64,000 nucleotides of DNA from Candidatus Brockarchaeota archaeon (GCA_017601225.1 JAFNIX010000002.1:52903-116902); one strand, 5' to 3'; counted from the first letter of the stretch, positions 18,091-28,269 are shown. Numbers and translations are program-made. The notes: a model not told the origin generated them from the sequence alone.

Positions 18091-18965
18091 GCAGTCAGGT
18101 TTTCCTAGTCCTTCCCAGCAAGGGGAGATTGTTCCAGCCTTCGCTTGATCTACTGGGTTCATCAGGCCTGATAACCTATTTCCCTAATGATCGGAGTTAT
18201 CAAGCGATATCCCGTTTAAAAGGTCTTTCGATAGTGTTCAACCGCGCGGCAGATATTCCCAAGATGGTTGAAAACGGTGTTGTAGACCTAGGCATTACTG
18301 GTAGAGACCTTGTCAAGGAATCAGGCGTAGACGTTGAGGAGATCCTTCCACTCAACTATGGTCATGCTAAGCTAGTGCTCGCAGCACCCTCTTCAAGGTT
18401 CGGCGACCTGAATGACCTGCTTAAAAAAGAAAGCTTCAAGGTGGCGACAGAGTTTCCAAACATAGCGAGAAGCTTCTTTCAAAGCCTGAATGTTAACGCT
18501 GAAATCATAAGTGTTGAAGGAACCTCGGAGACAATGCCGAACCTCGGCCTATCCGACTGCATAGTCTCGGTGATGAGCACCGGCACAACGCTTCTAGTAC
18601 ACGGATTGAAGGTTCTTTCAACAATAATGGACTCGCAGGCAGTTCTAATAGGCAACAGGAACAGCCTTAAAAACCCTGAGAAGCACCCCATTATTGGAAG
18701 CATCATATCAATCATTCAAGCAACCCAGATGGCACAGGGAAAGAAGCTTTTAATGATGAATGTGCCTGAAGAATGTTTGAAGGAAGTTATTAGCTGCCTG
18801 CCCTGCATGAGCGGCCCAACGATCTCTAAAGTAGAGTCTCGGGAACCCATGTGGGAAGTTATCACCGTCGTGGATTCGGACAAGGTTTTCGAAGTGGTTT
18901 ACAACGTTAAAAACAAGGGTGCACGGGATATTCTCGTTCTAAACATCGATAAGGTGATTATTTGA
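18087..18965 (+). CDS. hisG: ATP phosphoribosyltransferase, long form with C-terminal regulatory domain
   Basis: LPSKGRL N-terminal motif and a HisG_C-like C-terminus. The proposed in-frame TTG start at 18087 overlaps the hisC TGA (TTGA). The ATG at 18051 is the alternative. Confidence 0.85.
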   Translation: MSSQVFLVLPSKGRLFQPSLDLLGSSGLITYFPNDRSYQAISRLKGLSIVFNRAADIPKMVENGVVDLGITGRDLVKESGVDVEEILPLNYGHAKLVLAAPSSRFGDLNDLLKKESFKVATEFPNIARSFFQSLNVNAEIISVEGTSETMPNLGLSDCIVSVMSTGTTLLVHGLKVLSTIMDSQAVLIGNRNSLKNPEKHPIIGSIISIIQATQMAQGKKLLMMNVPEECLKEVISCLPCMSGPTISKVESREPMWEVITVVDSDKVFEVVYNVKNKGARDILVLNIDKVII

Positions 18966-19681
18966 TGAAGATAATTCCGTCTATAGACCTGATGGGTTCG
19001 AAGAGAGTTGAGGTAGTCAGCCATACGGTGGATAAGGCTCTTGAAGACTCCGACCCGGTTAAAATAGCAGCATACTGGGAGAAAGCAGGAGCACAAATGA
19101 TTCACCTGGTTGACATAGATGCTGCCTTGAACACTGGGAGAAGTAACACTGGCATTATTAAGAAGGTTATTTGCTCAGTCTCGATACCGGTTCAAGTAGC
19201 AGGCGGAATCAGAAGTAGGAGGCAGGTTGAAGACTTTCTTTCATATGGAGCCTCAAGAATAGTTGTGAGGCTGAAGCCCTGCTCGATGGATGCTGCGGAT
19301 GATTTCTCAGGCTTAGAGAAGATTGTTCTAGGAATAGACTATCTGGGGAGAAACATGTTTAGAGGCATCGGTAAGGAAAGCCTCACTATTAGGGAGGAGG
19401 AAGCAGTCAGCTGGGTCTTAAAGGTTGATGACGCAACAGGTTTGAAAGGAATCCTTCTAACCGATGTTGGGAGAGAAGGCTCGCTAGCAGGGTTGCGCAG
19501 TGAAACGCTTTCATTCCTATCCATGCTTAGGGAAACAGGCTTGGAGCTCATGTATGCTGGAGGAGTTTCTTCCCTAGAAGACATTTTGACTTTAAAAAAG
19601 ACTGGGGTGGAGGGCGTGGTCGTCGGGAAAGCTTTATACAACGGGCTGATAAGCCTAGAGGAGTTAAGGAGGATCGTTTAG
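18965..19681 (+). CDS. hisA: ProFAR isomerase (HisA)
   Basis: KIIPSIDL start, VQVAGGIRS, and YAGGVSSLEDI phosphate-binding motifs. The ATG overlaps the hisG stop (TGATG). Confidence 0.85.
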   Translation: MKIIPSIDLMGSKRVEVVSHTVDKALEDSDPVKIAAYWEKAGAQMIHLVDIDAALNTGRSNTGIIKKVICSVSIPVQVAGGIRSRRQVEDFLSYGASRIVVRLKPCSMDAADDFSGLEKIVLGIDYLGRNMFRGIGKESLTIREEEAVSWVLKVDDATGLKGILLTDVGREGSLAGLRSETLSFLSMLRETGLELMYAGGVSSLEDILTLKKTGVEGVVVGKALYNGLISLEELRRIV

Positions 19682-19683
19682 AA

Positions 19684-20265
19684 TTGAATAGAACATCCAT
19701 GGTTCGCAGAGAGACTGCTGAAACAGTAGTTGAGCTGGAGCTCACCTTGGATGGTGAAGGCTTGCACACTATAGAGACACCCTACCCCGTGTTCAACCAT
19801 CTGCTCGGAAGCATGATCAGGTTCTCAGGCTTCAACCTTAGGCTCAAAGCTAGGAACATGGTTGAATGCGATGAGCACCATTTAATCGAGGATGTCGCAA
19901 TAGCTTTAGGCGAGGCCTTAAGGAGGGCTCTCGGTGAGAAAAAAGGAGTGAATAGGTTCGGCTATTCTATTGTCCCTATGGACGAGGTGCTTGCATGTGT
20001 CTCATTAGACTTGAGTGGAAGACCGTTCTTCTCACACAACATGCGGTTTAACCAGACAATGATCGGCAACATGGGAACCAGCATGATTCCACACTTCTTC
20101 CGGAGCCTTTCAAACTCATCCGGCTCTACGCTTCACATCCTGATCTTTAGAAACGGTGATCCGCACCATTTGGCCGAAGCCGTTTTTAAAGCCGCGGGCC
20201 TTGCTTTCAAACAGGCGGTTATAGTAACGGGTTCAACAATCCCGAGTGAAAAGGGGGTCTTGTGA
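19684..20265 (+). CDS. hisB: Imidazoleglycerol-phosphate dehydratase
   Basis: [19 protein letters not shown] and the [12 protein letters not shown] metal-binding histidine motifs. Start is either the TTG at 19684 or the ATG at 19699. Confidence 0.9.
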   Translation: MNRTSMVRRETAETVVELELTLDGEGLHTIETPYPVFNHLLGSMIRFSGFNLRLKARNMVECDEHHLIEDVAIALGEALRRALGEKKGVNRFGYSIVPMDEVLACVSLDLSGRPFFSHNMRFNQTMIGNMGTSMIPHFFRSLSNSSGSTLHILIFRNGDPHHLAEAVFKAAGLAFKQAVIVTGSTIPSEKGVL

Positions 20266-20269
20266 AAGA

Positions 20270-21028
20270 ATGGGTTTAACCAAGAGGATAATTCCATGTC
20301 TTGACGTTTACGACGGTGTTGTAGTTAAAGGCGTCAAGTTTTCAAACCTTAAGAGAATAGGAGACCCCGCGGAGCTCGCTGTTAAATACATGGAGCAGTA
20401 TGCCGACGAAATAGTTTTCCTAGATATTTCTGCCACCCCGGAGGAAAGGGAAACCATGGTGGAAGTGGTGAAGAGAACCGCTGAGAACCTTTTCATCCCC
20501 CTGACTGTTGGGGGAGGGGTTAGAAGCGTGGAGGATTTCGGTAAGCTTCTTAGAGCAGGCGCAGACAAGGTTTCAGTCAATACTGCAGCCGTCAAGGATA
20601 GGAGCCTGATTAGAAGGGCTAGCAGTATCTTTGGACAGCAATGCGTAGTTGTTGCTGTCGACGCTAAAAGAGTTGGGGAAGGATGGGAGGTGTATGTTAA
20701 AGCTGGAAAAGAGCCGACTGGGCTTGACGCGCTTGAATGGATTAAGACGTGTGAATACGAGGGTGCTGGCGAAATACTTTTAACAAGCATAGATGCGGAC
20801 GGCACTAGACTGGGCTACGATGTCGAACTCTTGCAGGCGGCTAGGAGAAGCGTCAACATCCCTATAATAGCCTCGGGCGGAGCCGGCTCACTGCAACACG
20901 TTTACGAGGCCCTTACCAGAGGAGGTGCTGACGCTGCACTCATCGCCTCACTCCTACACTATGATCAGTACAGTGTTTTAGAAATTAAGAAATGGCTAAA
21001 GGAAAGAGGGGTTGAAGTAAGGCTTTGA
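20270..21028 (+). CDS. hisF: Imidazole glycerol phosphate synthase, cyclase subunit
   Basis: [25 protein letters not shown] motifs. The ATG at 20270 ([13 protein letters not shown]) is preferred over 20246. Confidence 0.9.
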   Translation: MGLTKRIIPCLDVYDGVVVKGVKFSNLKRIGDPAELAVKYMEQYADEIVFLDISATPEERETMVEVVKRTAENLFIPLTVGGGVRSVEDFGKLLRAGADKVSVNTAAVKDRSLIRRASSIFGQQCVVVAVDAKRVGEGWEVYVKAGKEPTGLDALEWIKTCEYEGAGEILLTSIDADGTRLGYDVELLQAARRSVNIPIIASGGAGSLQHVYEALTRGGADAALIASLLHYDQYSVLEIKKWLKERGVEVRL

Positions 21029-21309
21029 ACCTCGAGTATCTGGCTGAGCTTTTCGAAGTCGTGAAAAACAGGGTTCGAGAGAAGCCTAAGGAGTCTTACG
21101 TCGCGAGGATCGTTGAAGGAGGGATGGACAGGGTTCTCGGAAAATTCGGGGAGGAGGCTTTTGAATTTGCCTCAGCCGTCCAGGGTAACGGTGACAAGGT
21201 TGCGGAGGCAGCCGACCTTTTATTCCACTATCTCATTGTGTTGGCAGCATCCGGAGTAGAGCTTGATGAAGTTGTGAGAGAGCTTGAGAGAAGGCGTAGA
21301 CACCGATGA
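21025..21309 (+). CDS. hisE: Phosphoribosyl-ATP pyrophosphatase
   Basis: 94-aa all-helical protein with [10 protein letters not shown]...KFGEEAFE...[13 protein letters not shown], typical of HisE. The TTG start overlaps the hisF stop. Confidence 0.8.
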   Translation: MNLEYLAELFEVVKNRVREKPKESYVARIVEGGMDRVLGKFGEEAFEFASAVQGNGDKVAEAADLLFHYLIVLAASGVELDEVVRELERRRRHR

Positions 21310-21926
21310 AAAAAATACTGGTTCTTGATTGCGGGGTCGGAAACCTTGCAAGCATAAGCGCGTCCCTTAAGAAAGCAGGAGCAGACGTGAGAATCTCGTC
21401 AATAGTCCCTGAAGAGGGTTTCGACGGCCTAGTTATTCCAGGGGTTGGAAGCTATTCCGCCGCCTTTAAGAAGGTCGACGAGCAACGGGGAAGGATTAGG
21501 AGTATTGTGGAGAATGGTCGCCCAGTTCTCGGCGTATGCTTAGGCCTGCAACTAATGTTCAACGGAAGCGAAGAGGGAAAACAGGATGAAGAAGGCCTTG
21601 GGTTTTTCAGAGGATTTGTTAAAAAGATTCCTGTTAAAAGGCTTCCACACATAGGCTGGAACAGCTTAGAAACAGTCAGGAAATCAGTTATTCTGAACGG
21701 CTTAGAGAATGGGGCTTACATGTATTTTGTACACTCCTACGCTCCTTTGGATTATGATGAGGATGACGCTGTCGCTTACGCCAGCTACGGAGGCATAAGG
21801 TTCCCGGTTGCGTTCGAGAAGGGAAAAGTTTTCGGCGTGCAGTTCCATCCTGAGAAAAGCTGGCAGCCAGGTCTAAGAATCCTCAGAAACTTCCTAAGCC
21901 TCTGCGAGGGTGGGAAAAGTGTTTAA
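21306..21926 (+). CDS. hisH: Imidazole glycerol phosphate synthase, glutamine amidotransferase subunit
   Basis: ILVLDCGVGNLASI, catalytic Cys in GVCLGLQLMF, and His-Glu in QFHPEKS. The ATG overlaps the hisE stop (ATGA). Confidence 0.9.
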   Translation: MKKILVLDCGVGNLASISASLKKAGADVRISSIVPEEGFDGLVIPGVGSYSAAFKKVDEQRGRIRSIVENGRPVLGVCLGLQLMFNGSEEGKQDEEGLGFFRGFVKKIPVKRLPHIGWNSLETVRKSVILNGLENGAYMYFVHSYAPLDYDEDDAVAYASYGGIRFPVAFEKGKVFGVQFHPEKSWQPGLRILRNFLSLCEGGKSV

Positions 21927-22326
21927 AACAAGCGTTAAGAAAACAAGGAGGATCATTTCCCAACTCAATTTTGAAAAAGGCTTGATCCCTGTGGTGGCGA
22001 GAAACTTTGACGGGGAAGTCCTGATGATAGCGTTCATGAATAAGAATGCTCTTTTAAAAACTCTTTCAACAGGCTTAATGCACTACTATTCTAGAAGAAT
22101 GAAAAAAATATGGATGAAAGGGGGGGTATCGGGCTTTGTGCAGAAGGTTCTTGAGGTAAGGGTCAACTGTGAAAACAACAGCCTACTCTTCACGGTTAAG
22201 CAGGAGGGCCCCGGAGCGTGCCACATGGGCTATAAAACTTGTTTCTACAGGAAAATTCTTAATAGCGGTAGGTTTAAAAAGGTTGAGAAAAAGGTTTTCA
22301 ACCCTAAGCGGGTATATAGGAAGTAG
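21910..22326 (+). CDS. hisI: Phosphoribosyl-AMP cyclohydrolase
   Basis: GLIPVVARNFDGEVLMIAFMNKNAL...YYSRRMKKIWMKG...CHMGYKTCFY. The GTG start overlaps the end of hisH by 17 nt. Confidence 0.85.
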   Translation: MGKVFKTSVKKTRRIISQLNFEKGLIPVVARNFDGEVLMIAFMNKNALLKTLSTGLMHYYSRRMKKIWMKGGVSGFVQKVLEVRVNCENNSLLFTVKQEGPGACHMGYKTCFYRKILNSGRFKKVEKKVFNPKRVYRK

Positions 22327-22387
22327 TGTTTAGGTTAGATAAACTGTAAACCTTAAGTATCGGCTACTGTTTATTCCTGTCTCGACT

Positions 22388-23125
22388 ATGAGCGATGAAC
22401 TGGTTCCCTACCTCAGCGAACTGCTCACAGTAGCCAAGCAGGTGTCTATGAAGAAGATTATTAGCGATGTTGTTTTGGCTGAGCAGCCCTTCATAGTCCT
22501 GAGAAACTGGCGTGAGAAGTTCGGGGTCTCTCAGAAAACGCTGGCTAGCAAAATGGGGATTTCAGCCTCAGTAATAAGCGACTACGAGACAGGCAGGAGG
22601 AGAAACCCGGGGATAGGATTTCTGAGAAACTACGTTCAAAACCTTGTTGAAAGCGATGCTGAAAGAGGCGGTGCACACCTGATAGACCTTCTGAAGACAG
22701 AGCCTATTCTTAAAGGAATAATTCTAGACATGAAAGAGTATTCCAAGCCTGTTTCAATGCGTAAGGTTGTTGAGGCGGTTGAGGGAAAGGTGGCAACTTT
22801 CCCCGATATGCTTGACGACTTTGTTTTCGGCCACACGGTTCTCGACAGCGTTAAAGCAATACTTTACTTCAAATGGTATGACTTGGTTAATGTTTTCGGA
22901 TACACGAACATAAGGACGCTTGTCTTTACGAATGTTCAACACGGTAGAAGCCCCCTGGTCGGGATACATCTTTACCCGTTTAAGCCTAAGATGATTGTTC
23001 TCCACGGCCCTAAGGAACTTGACCCGGTTGCCACGGAGATAGCGAAGGTTGACGGGATAGTTGTAGCACTGTCAAAACTCGGCTCAACGAGAGAACTTAT
23101 AGAAAGGCTTACGTCCCTAGGCTAA
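22388..23125 (+). CDS. XRE-family helix-turn-helix protein with archaeal C-terminal domain
   Basis: HTH_3-type motif REKFGVSQKTLASKMGISASVISDYETGRR, followed by a ~150-aa uncharacterised domain. Confidence 0.7.
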   Translation: MSDELVPYLSELLTVAKQVSMKKIISDVVLAEQPFIVLRNWREKFGVSQKTLASKMGISASVISDYETGRRRNPGIGFLRNYVQNLVESDAERGGAHLIDLLKTEPILKGIILDMKEYSKPVSMRKVVEAVEGKVATFPDMLDDFVFGHTVLDSVKAILYFKWYDLVNVFGYTNIRTLVFTNVQHGRSPLVGIHLYPFKPKMIVLHGPKELDPVATEIAKVDGIVVALSKLGSTRELIERLTSLG

Positions 23126-23163
23126 GCTTAAATAGCCCTTTAAGAAGAACTCTCAAGCTTTTG

Positions 23164-23994
23164 ATGGTTTCCGAAATCCTGGTTAAAACGCTTGCGATAG
23201 TCACGCTGGCGGTAGCAACATATGTCTCGCGCTCCCTAAGCTTTTCCGGGGTCCTAGCCTCTATTTTAATAGGTGTAACAGTGCTCTTCCTAGGGGGTTG
23301 GGACTGCTTCATAGTAATGCTGGCTTTCCTCATCCTAGGCGTTGCGTCCACAAAGTATAGACGTAAAGACAAGGAGGCGGATGCTTTGACCCAGGAGAAG
23401 GGTGGGGTTAGAAGCTGGGTTAACGTTCTCGCAAACGGTGGGCCGGCGGCAATATCCATCATGCTTGAATACTTTTTCCGGATGGAGATATTTCTCGTCT
23501 TCTTCATCACCAGTGTTTGCTCAGCTGCAGCGGACACGCTGGCTACTGAACTAGGGCTGTTAAGCAGCTCTAAGCCAAGGCTTATAACAAACCTTAAGAG
23601 GAGTGTTGAGAAAGGGGTTTCAGGCGGAGTCACCCTGCTGGGCACTTTCGCAGGGTTTTCTGGAGCCCTGGCGATAGCGCTTGTCTCGCTTACACTCCAG
23701 CAGGCTAATGCTCCGGGCATCATTCCCAGGGCGAGTAATGTTCAAAGCCTATTCGTAGCATGCTCAATCGGCGGTTTCCTAGGGATGGTTGTGGACAGCC
23801 TGCTTGGAGCAACCGTCCAAGAAGCCTACTTTTCTAAGGCTGACAGCAGGCTCCATGAGAAGCCTGGAAAACAGGGAGAATACGTTTTAGTGAAAGGATT
23901 CAGGGGTTTTAACAATCACGTGGTAAACTTTGTCTCAAACATTATAGCGGGAATTCTGGGTATCACGATATATGTTTTCACCGCAGCACTATAA
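23164..23994 (+). CDS. DUF92/TIGR00297-family integral membrane protein (TMEM19/VTE6-like)
   Basis: Polytopic, with the conserved GGVRSWVNVLANGG motif recalled for DUF92. The ATG at 23164 directly follows the TTG at 23161. Confidence 0.65.
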   Translation: MVSEILVKTLAIVTLAVATYVSRSLSFSGVLASILIGVTVLFLGGWDCFIVMLAFLILGVASTKYRRKDKEADALTQEKGGVRSWVNVLANGGPAAISIMLEYFFRMEIFLVFFITSVCSAAADTLATELGLLSSSKPRLITNLKRSVEKGVSGGVTLLGTFAGFSGALAIALVSLTLQQANAPGIIPRASNVQSLFVACSIGGFLGMVVDSLLGATVQEAYFSKADSRLHEKPGKQGEYVLVKGFRGFNNHVVNFVSNIIAGILGITIYVFTAAL

Positions 23995-24036
23995 ACAGGT
24001 TAATATTTATCTACTCACCCGGCGGCACGAATAGGG

Positions 24037-25197
24037 ATGATCACGCTAATATACTTGACGCGCTATGCCCTACGTGATATTGCGAGTAAAAAGCTTAGGG
24101 CAGGCCTTACCGTGCTAGGTATTTCAATAGGCATAGCCTCCCTCGTCTCGCTTTTCATAGTTTCGCTCGGCATGCGTGCAAGGGTTGAGAGCGAGATAAA
24201 CACCCTGTTAGGGTCATCAATAATAGTCAGAACCAGGAACAGCGAGCCCATGTCGATCTACGTGGTCCACTTGATAAGTAATATCACTGGCGTTGAAAGG
24301 GCTGTTCCAGTTATAATCGGCTCAGGCCTGGTTGAGTCGAGTAACGCTTTCATACTCGCCGTCCCCGTGGAGGAGATAAAAGCATTCCAGACGATCGTAA
24401 GCGGCTCAGGAGTCTCTTCTCCAAACGCTAGAGAATGCTTAATGCCGGAGGAGTCGGCCAAGAAGCTACGTGTTTCAGTCAACTCGACGGTGAGAATTGT
24501 AACATCATATGTGCAGGAGGGAGTGTCTTTCAAGGTTGTTGGGCTTTCAGAGATCGGTGGACTCTTCCAGGCTGCGCTTGCAGGGCCCGCGTCGGTTGTC
24601 GTGATGAGCCTTGAACAGGGAGAGAGGATCCTGAACAAGAGGGGGCTGGCAGACATGATCCTCGTGAGAGTCTATAATTCAAGCATCATGAGTAGTGTTG
24701 TCAACGCTATAAGGTCTACTTACCCGAGCCTCTCAGTTTCAACCGAGGAGGATGTGTTGAAGCAGAGCCAGGCTATTCTGGACACGATAGACGCAGTAAT
24801 ATTCACCATAAGCGCCATAAGCATAATAGTAGCCGGCGTTGGAACCATGAACACTATCACGATGAGCATAAGGGAGAAGATAAGGGAGATAGGTGTTTTG
24901 AAGTCAATAGGCGCTTCACCCCTACAGGTTCTCTACATTTTCCTAGTTGAAGGAATCATACTCGGCCTTTTAGGGGGATTATTCGGGTCAGCCCTCGGCA
25001 TGGGCTTGGGCTACGTCATTGTCGTCTACATGCTCCCCAGGGTTTTCAGGTTCCAGATAAGCCTGCCGTTCATAATCAGCTGCGAGCCTGTGTTAAACGG
25101 CCTCGTCATCTCGGTTGCGGCGAGCTTCCTGAGCAGCGTGCTCCCCTCTTGGAACGCTTCCAGAATAAGGCCTGTAGAGGCTTTAAGATATGAGTAG
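24037..25197 (+). CDS. ABC transporter permease, MacB/FtsX type
   Basis: TM1, then a ~200-aa extracytoplasmic domain, then a C-terminal FtsX-like 3-TM bundle (REKIREIGVLKSIGASPLQV). Confidence 0.8.
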   Translation: MITLIYLTRYALRDIASKKLRAGLTVLGISIGIASLVSLFIVSLGMRARVESEINTLLGSSIIVRTRNSEPMSIYVVHLISNITGVERAVPVIIGSGLVESSNAFILAVPVEEIKAFQTIVSGSGVSSPNARECLMPEESAKKLRVSVNSTVRIVTSYVQEGVSFKVVGLSEIGGLFQAALAGPASVVVMSLEQGERILNKRGLADMILVRVYNSSIMSSVVNAIRSTYPSLSVSTEEDVLKQSQAILDTIDAVIFTISAISIIVAGVGTMNTITMSIREKIREIGVLKSIGASPLQVLYIFLVEGIILGLLGGLFGSALGMGLGYVIVVYMLPRVFRFQISLPFIISCEPVLNGLVISVAASFLSSVLPSWNASRIRPVEALRYE

Positions 25198-26068
25198 CCC
25201 AGCCTTAGAATGCATAGATGTTTCTAAAACCTATATCATGGGTAGAGACATAGAGGTGAAGGCTTTAAGAAATGTTTCGCTAACAATACGGAGGGGGGAT
25301 TTCGTTTCTATCGTCGGGCCCTCTGGCTCTGGGAAGTCTACACTGCTCCATATAGCTGGAACCTTGGATAAGCCTACTTCCGGAAGGGTTCTGGTTGACG
25401 GCGTGGACGTGACTAAGCTCAGCGAGAACGAGCTGGCCGTCTTCCGGAAGAACAAGATAGGGTTCGTCTTCCAGTTCTTCAACCTTCTCAGAAACCTTTC
25501 AGCCTTGGAGAACGTGACACTCCCGATGCTTCTTTCGAAAAGATACACCTTGAAAGAGGCCAGGTTGAAGGCTCTTTACTTGTTGAGGCTGGTAGGCTTC
25601 CCCGAAGACAGGTTGAGAAACCCTCCGAGCAGGCTTAGCGGAGGCCAGCAGCAGAAAGTGGCTATTGCGAGAGCCCTGGCTAACAATCCTGCCTACATAC
25701 TTGCAGACGAGCCTACTGGCAACCTAGACGTCGCTTCATCGACAGAAATAGTATCGACCTTCAAGCTGCTGAACAGTTTTGGAAACACGATTATAATTGT
25801 GACCCATAACGTGGAGCTGGCCCGGGTTACTAATAGGATACTGTTTATGAAGGATGGTCAAGTTTTCGAGGAAGCACCTAGAAGCTTTCTGGAAGGCGTC
25901 CCGATGGATGATGAGACGATAAGGCTGAAGAAGCAGGTTCAACTAGACCTTTTAAAACTGGAGAGGGAGAATGTTGAAAGGCTTTTCAAAAACAGGGTTA
26001 TATCGGGGGAAACCTATGAAAGAGCTTTAAAATCCATAGATGAGAAGGAGATGATAGTGAAGCAATGA
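25190..26068 (+). CDS. ABC transporter ATP-binding protein (MacB/LolD-like) with ~65-aa coiled-coil C-terminal extension
   Basis: Walker A GPSGSGKST, signature LSGGQQQKVAIARAL, Walker B ILADEPTGNLD. It overlaps the permease gene by 8 nt. Confidence 0.9.
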   Translation: MSSPALECIDVSKTYIMGRDIEVKALRNVSLTIRRGDFVSIVGPSGSGKSTLLHIAGTLDKPTSGRVLVDGVDVTKLSENELAVFRKNKIGFVFQFFNLLRNLSALENVTLPMLLSKRYTLKEARLKALYLLRLVGFPEDRLRNPPSRLSGGQQQKVAIARALANNPAYILADEPTGNLDVASSTEIVSTFKLLNSFGNTIIIVTHNVELARVTNRILFMKDGQVFEEAPRSFLEGVPMDDETIRLKKQVQLDLLKLERENVERLFKNRVISGETYERALKSIDEKEMIVKQ

Positions 26069-28269
26069 GGCGCGCCCAAGCCCTCCTCCTAATACTAGTG
26101 GTGATGCTGCCCTCGGTGACCCCGGTTTCCCCGGAGGAAACCCTGGTCACTGTGAGTGAAACCCTCACCTATTTTCTAGATCTAAACCCGTTGACCGGGA
26201 ATTCGACAACGGAATTCAAATCCACCTTGACGGTTAAAAACACGGGGGAGTCAAGCGTCCAGCACCGTTTCATTCAAAGGCTATTCGGGGTTGATGCTTC
26301 AAACCTAGCATTACCCTCGGAGGCACGTCTAATACGGTTTTCAGGAGACGCCTGCATAATCGAATGGGTTGTTAATGCTAATCCGGGTACACGAGTCTTC
26401 GAGGTTAGCGGCAAGCCTCTTCGGCTTCCGCTCACTGTTGAAGCAAGCCTAAGGGTAAACGGAGCGGTGCCAAACTATACTTCAGCATACGGAGTGTTCT
26501 TCGTAAAATCCAGAGAGGGTGATTCGGTGGAATGGGTGATAAGGGTTAAGAATAATAATCCTGTTCTCCTAGACCCGTTGACAAACGCTTCTTCAAAACC
26601 CCCATTATTCGTCTCAATAACGATGAGTATTCCACAAAAATATTTTAGGAATATTGTTTTCAACCCTCCTGTAAACATGACTAATCCTCTCGAGAAGGAT
26701 TCGGTTTCATGGATACTCATACTTAGGGGAGAGGCGGAGATCAGGGTGGAAGCGCTTGTAGACGGGTTTGACGATTGGGGAACCATCCCGTTGACCACAG
26801 TATCGATCTCATCCTCCCCGATGGGAGAGTCCGTTAGAGAATCTATACTTTCACAGTTGAAAGGGCTGAACATGTCTATAAGCATGATGAACATGATTTT
26901 GACACCCATAGGAAACCTTACTGGTTTCACGAGCCTGATGAACAGAATGCTTGGAAACCTGAGCTACGGCTTGGAGACAACCGGTAATCAAACAATTATG
27001 ATCGGCGAGGCGTTGAAAGCAATAGGCTTCGGACTCAGCTCGGCAGCATCCCAGCTTTCCCAGGCGGCTTCGCTACTATCAGTGATCGCTGAAAACGTTT
27101 CCAAGGTGGATTTCAACAGGCTTAAGAAAGGGTTGAACTCCTCTCGAGAGGCGGCTGGCTTAATCCTAAACGAAACCTATAGGATGATTGTCGACGCGAA
27201 ACAGGGCCTCTTGGAGATTAACAATACTTTAACGGCGCTCAGAAACAATTTGACTAACCCTGACCAGATAAGCCTTTTGGAAAACGCTATCCGGAGGATA
27301 AACAGTCTGTACAGCCGTTTAAGCCTGGTTGAAAGCTATTTCGAATCAGCCGGGCCTCAACTTGACTACCTGTTCGAGAGCCTAGAATCCTTCGTAAACA
27401 TGCTGGAGGAATATGGCTCCAGCATCGTGAAGATGAGCTCAGGCCTAAACCTAGGCCTCTCAGCCCTGTACCAAACATCCTCAGCACTATCCGAGATGGG
27501 ATCAGCGTTGAAGCTTATCGGCGAGGCCAACATGATGATGGGAAGCAATCTGACCAGCGTTATCCCGATGCTTGAAACCGCCTCCTCTGGCTTAGAGAGT
27601 ATTCAAAAAAGCCTAAGCGAGAACATGACGTCCCTGGTTAAGGTTTACGACGAGCTGAGCCTGATCCTCAGGCTGATAGAGTATAGTGAATCCAGAACTA
27701 GACTTCTTGCTCCAGAAAAACTAAACGGGGCGAATATTGTTTTTGAACCAGAGCTTGTTGAAGAAGACTTTCTAACTTTAAACAGGCTTGTTTTAATGAA
27801 CGAAACCAGGATTGGGGTTAGACGTGTCGAGGTCGGTTACAACGGTAGTTTCGAGGGAGTTGTTTTAAACGGCTCCAGGTGCTCCGCAAACCTTAGCCTA
27901 ATTGGGATACTTGTTTCAGGAAACAGCGTAGTCATAGAACCTTTCAGGTTTTACGACGAAGGCAATATTCTAACGCTCTGGAACGGGCAGGAAGTTAAAC
28001 TACTCTTCTCTAAAGGCTCTGAGATAAGGATTAAAGTAGACTATTCTACGGCAAGCAGTCTTGGCGAGAGAAGCGAAGCATTAAGCTACTCTATAGTCCA
28101 GCCGACCTTCGGAAAAGGCATCGCTATAACAGTGAAGCCGGGTGAGACAAAGCCTCCTCTTAAAACAGGTTTAAACATTATTGCGATAGCACTATCTGTT
28201 TTAAGCATAATCATAACGATACTGCTCTTATACAGGCTTCGGAAAAGGGGGGAAGTAATAGTATCCTGA
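26065..28269 (+). CDS. Large secreted, C-terminally anchored surface protein with helical repeat core
   Basis: Signal-like N-terminus (LLLILVVMLPSVTPVSP), numerous N-x-S/T sequons, and a central Leu/Gly-rich helical repeat region. C-terminal TM (IIAIALSVLSIIITILLLY) plus RLRKR. The ATGA overlap with the ATPase gene implies co-translation. Confidence 0.65.
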   Translation: MRRAQALLLILVVMLPSVTPVSPEETLVTVSETLTYFLDLNPLTGNSTTEFKSTLTVKNTGESSVQHRFIQRLFGVDASNLALPSEARLIRFSGDACIIEWVVNANPGTRVFEVSGKPLRLPLTVEASLRVNGAVPNYTSAYGVFFVKSREGDSVEWVIRVKNNNPVLLDPLTNASSKPPLFVSITMSIPQKYFRNIVFNPPVNMTNPLEKDSVSWILILRGEAEIRVEALVDGFDDWGTIPLTTVSISSSPMGESVRESILSQLKGLNMSISMMNMILTPIGNLTGFTSLMNRMLGNLSYGLETTGNQTIMIGEALKAIGFGLSSAASQLSQAASLLSVIAENVSKVDFNRLKKGLNSSREAAGLILNETYRMIVDAKQGLLEINNTLTALRNNLTNPDQISLLENAIRRINSLYSRLSLVESYFESAGPQLDYLFESLESFVNMLEEYGSSIVKMSSGLNLGLSALYQTSSALSEMGSALKLIGEANMMMGSNLTSVIPMLETASSGLESIQKSLSENMTSLVKVYDELSLILRLIEYSESRTRLLAPEKLNGANIVFEPELVEEDFLTLNRLVLMNETRIGVRRVEVGYNGSFEGVVLNGSRCSANLSLIGILVSGNSVVIEPFRFYDEGNILTLWNGQEVKLLFSKGSEIRIKVDYSTASSLGERSEALSYSIVQPTFGKGIAITVKPGETKPPLKTGLNIIAIALSVLSIIITILLLYRLRKRGEVIVS

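Noticed and set aside
23109-23723. 204-aa ORF on the minus strand
   Set aside because: It is entirely antisense to the DUF92 membrane-protein gene. Its Ser/Pro/Ala/Thr-rich, low-complexity translation is typical of a shadow frame. The plus-strand gene has a recognisable family motif.
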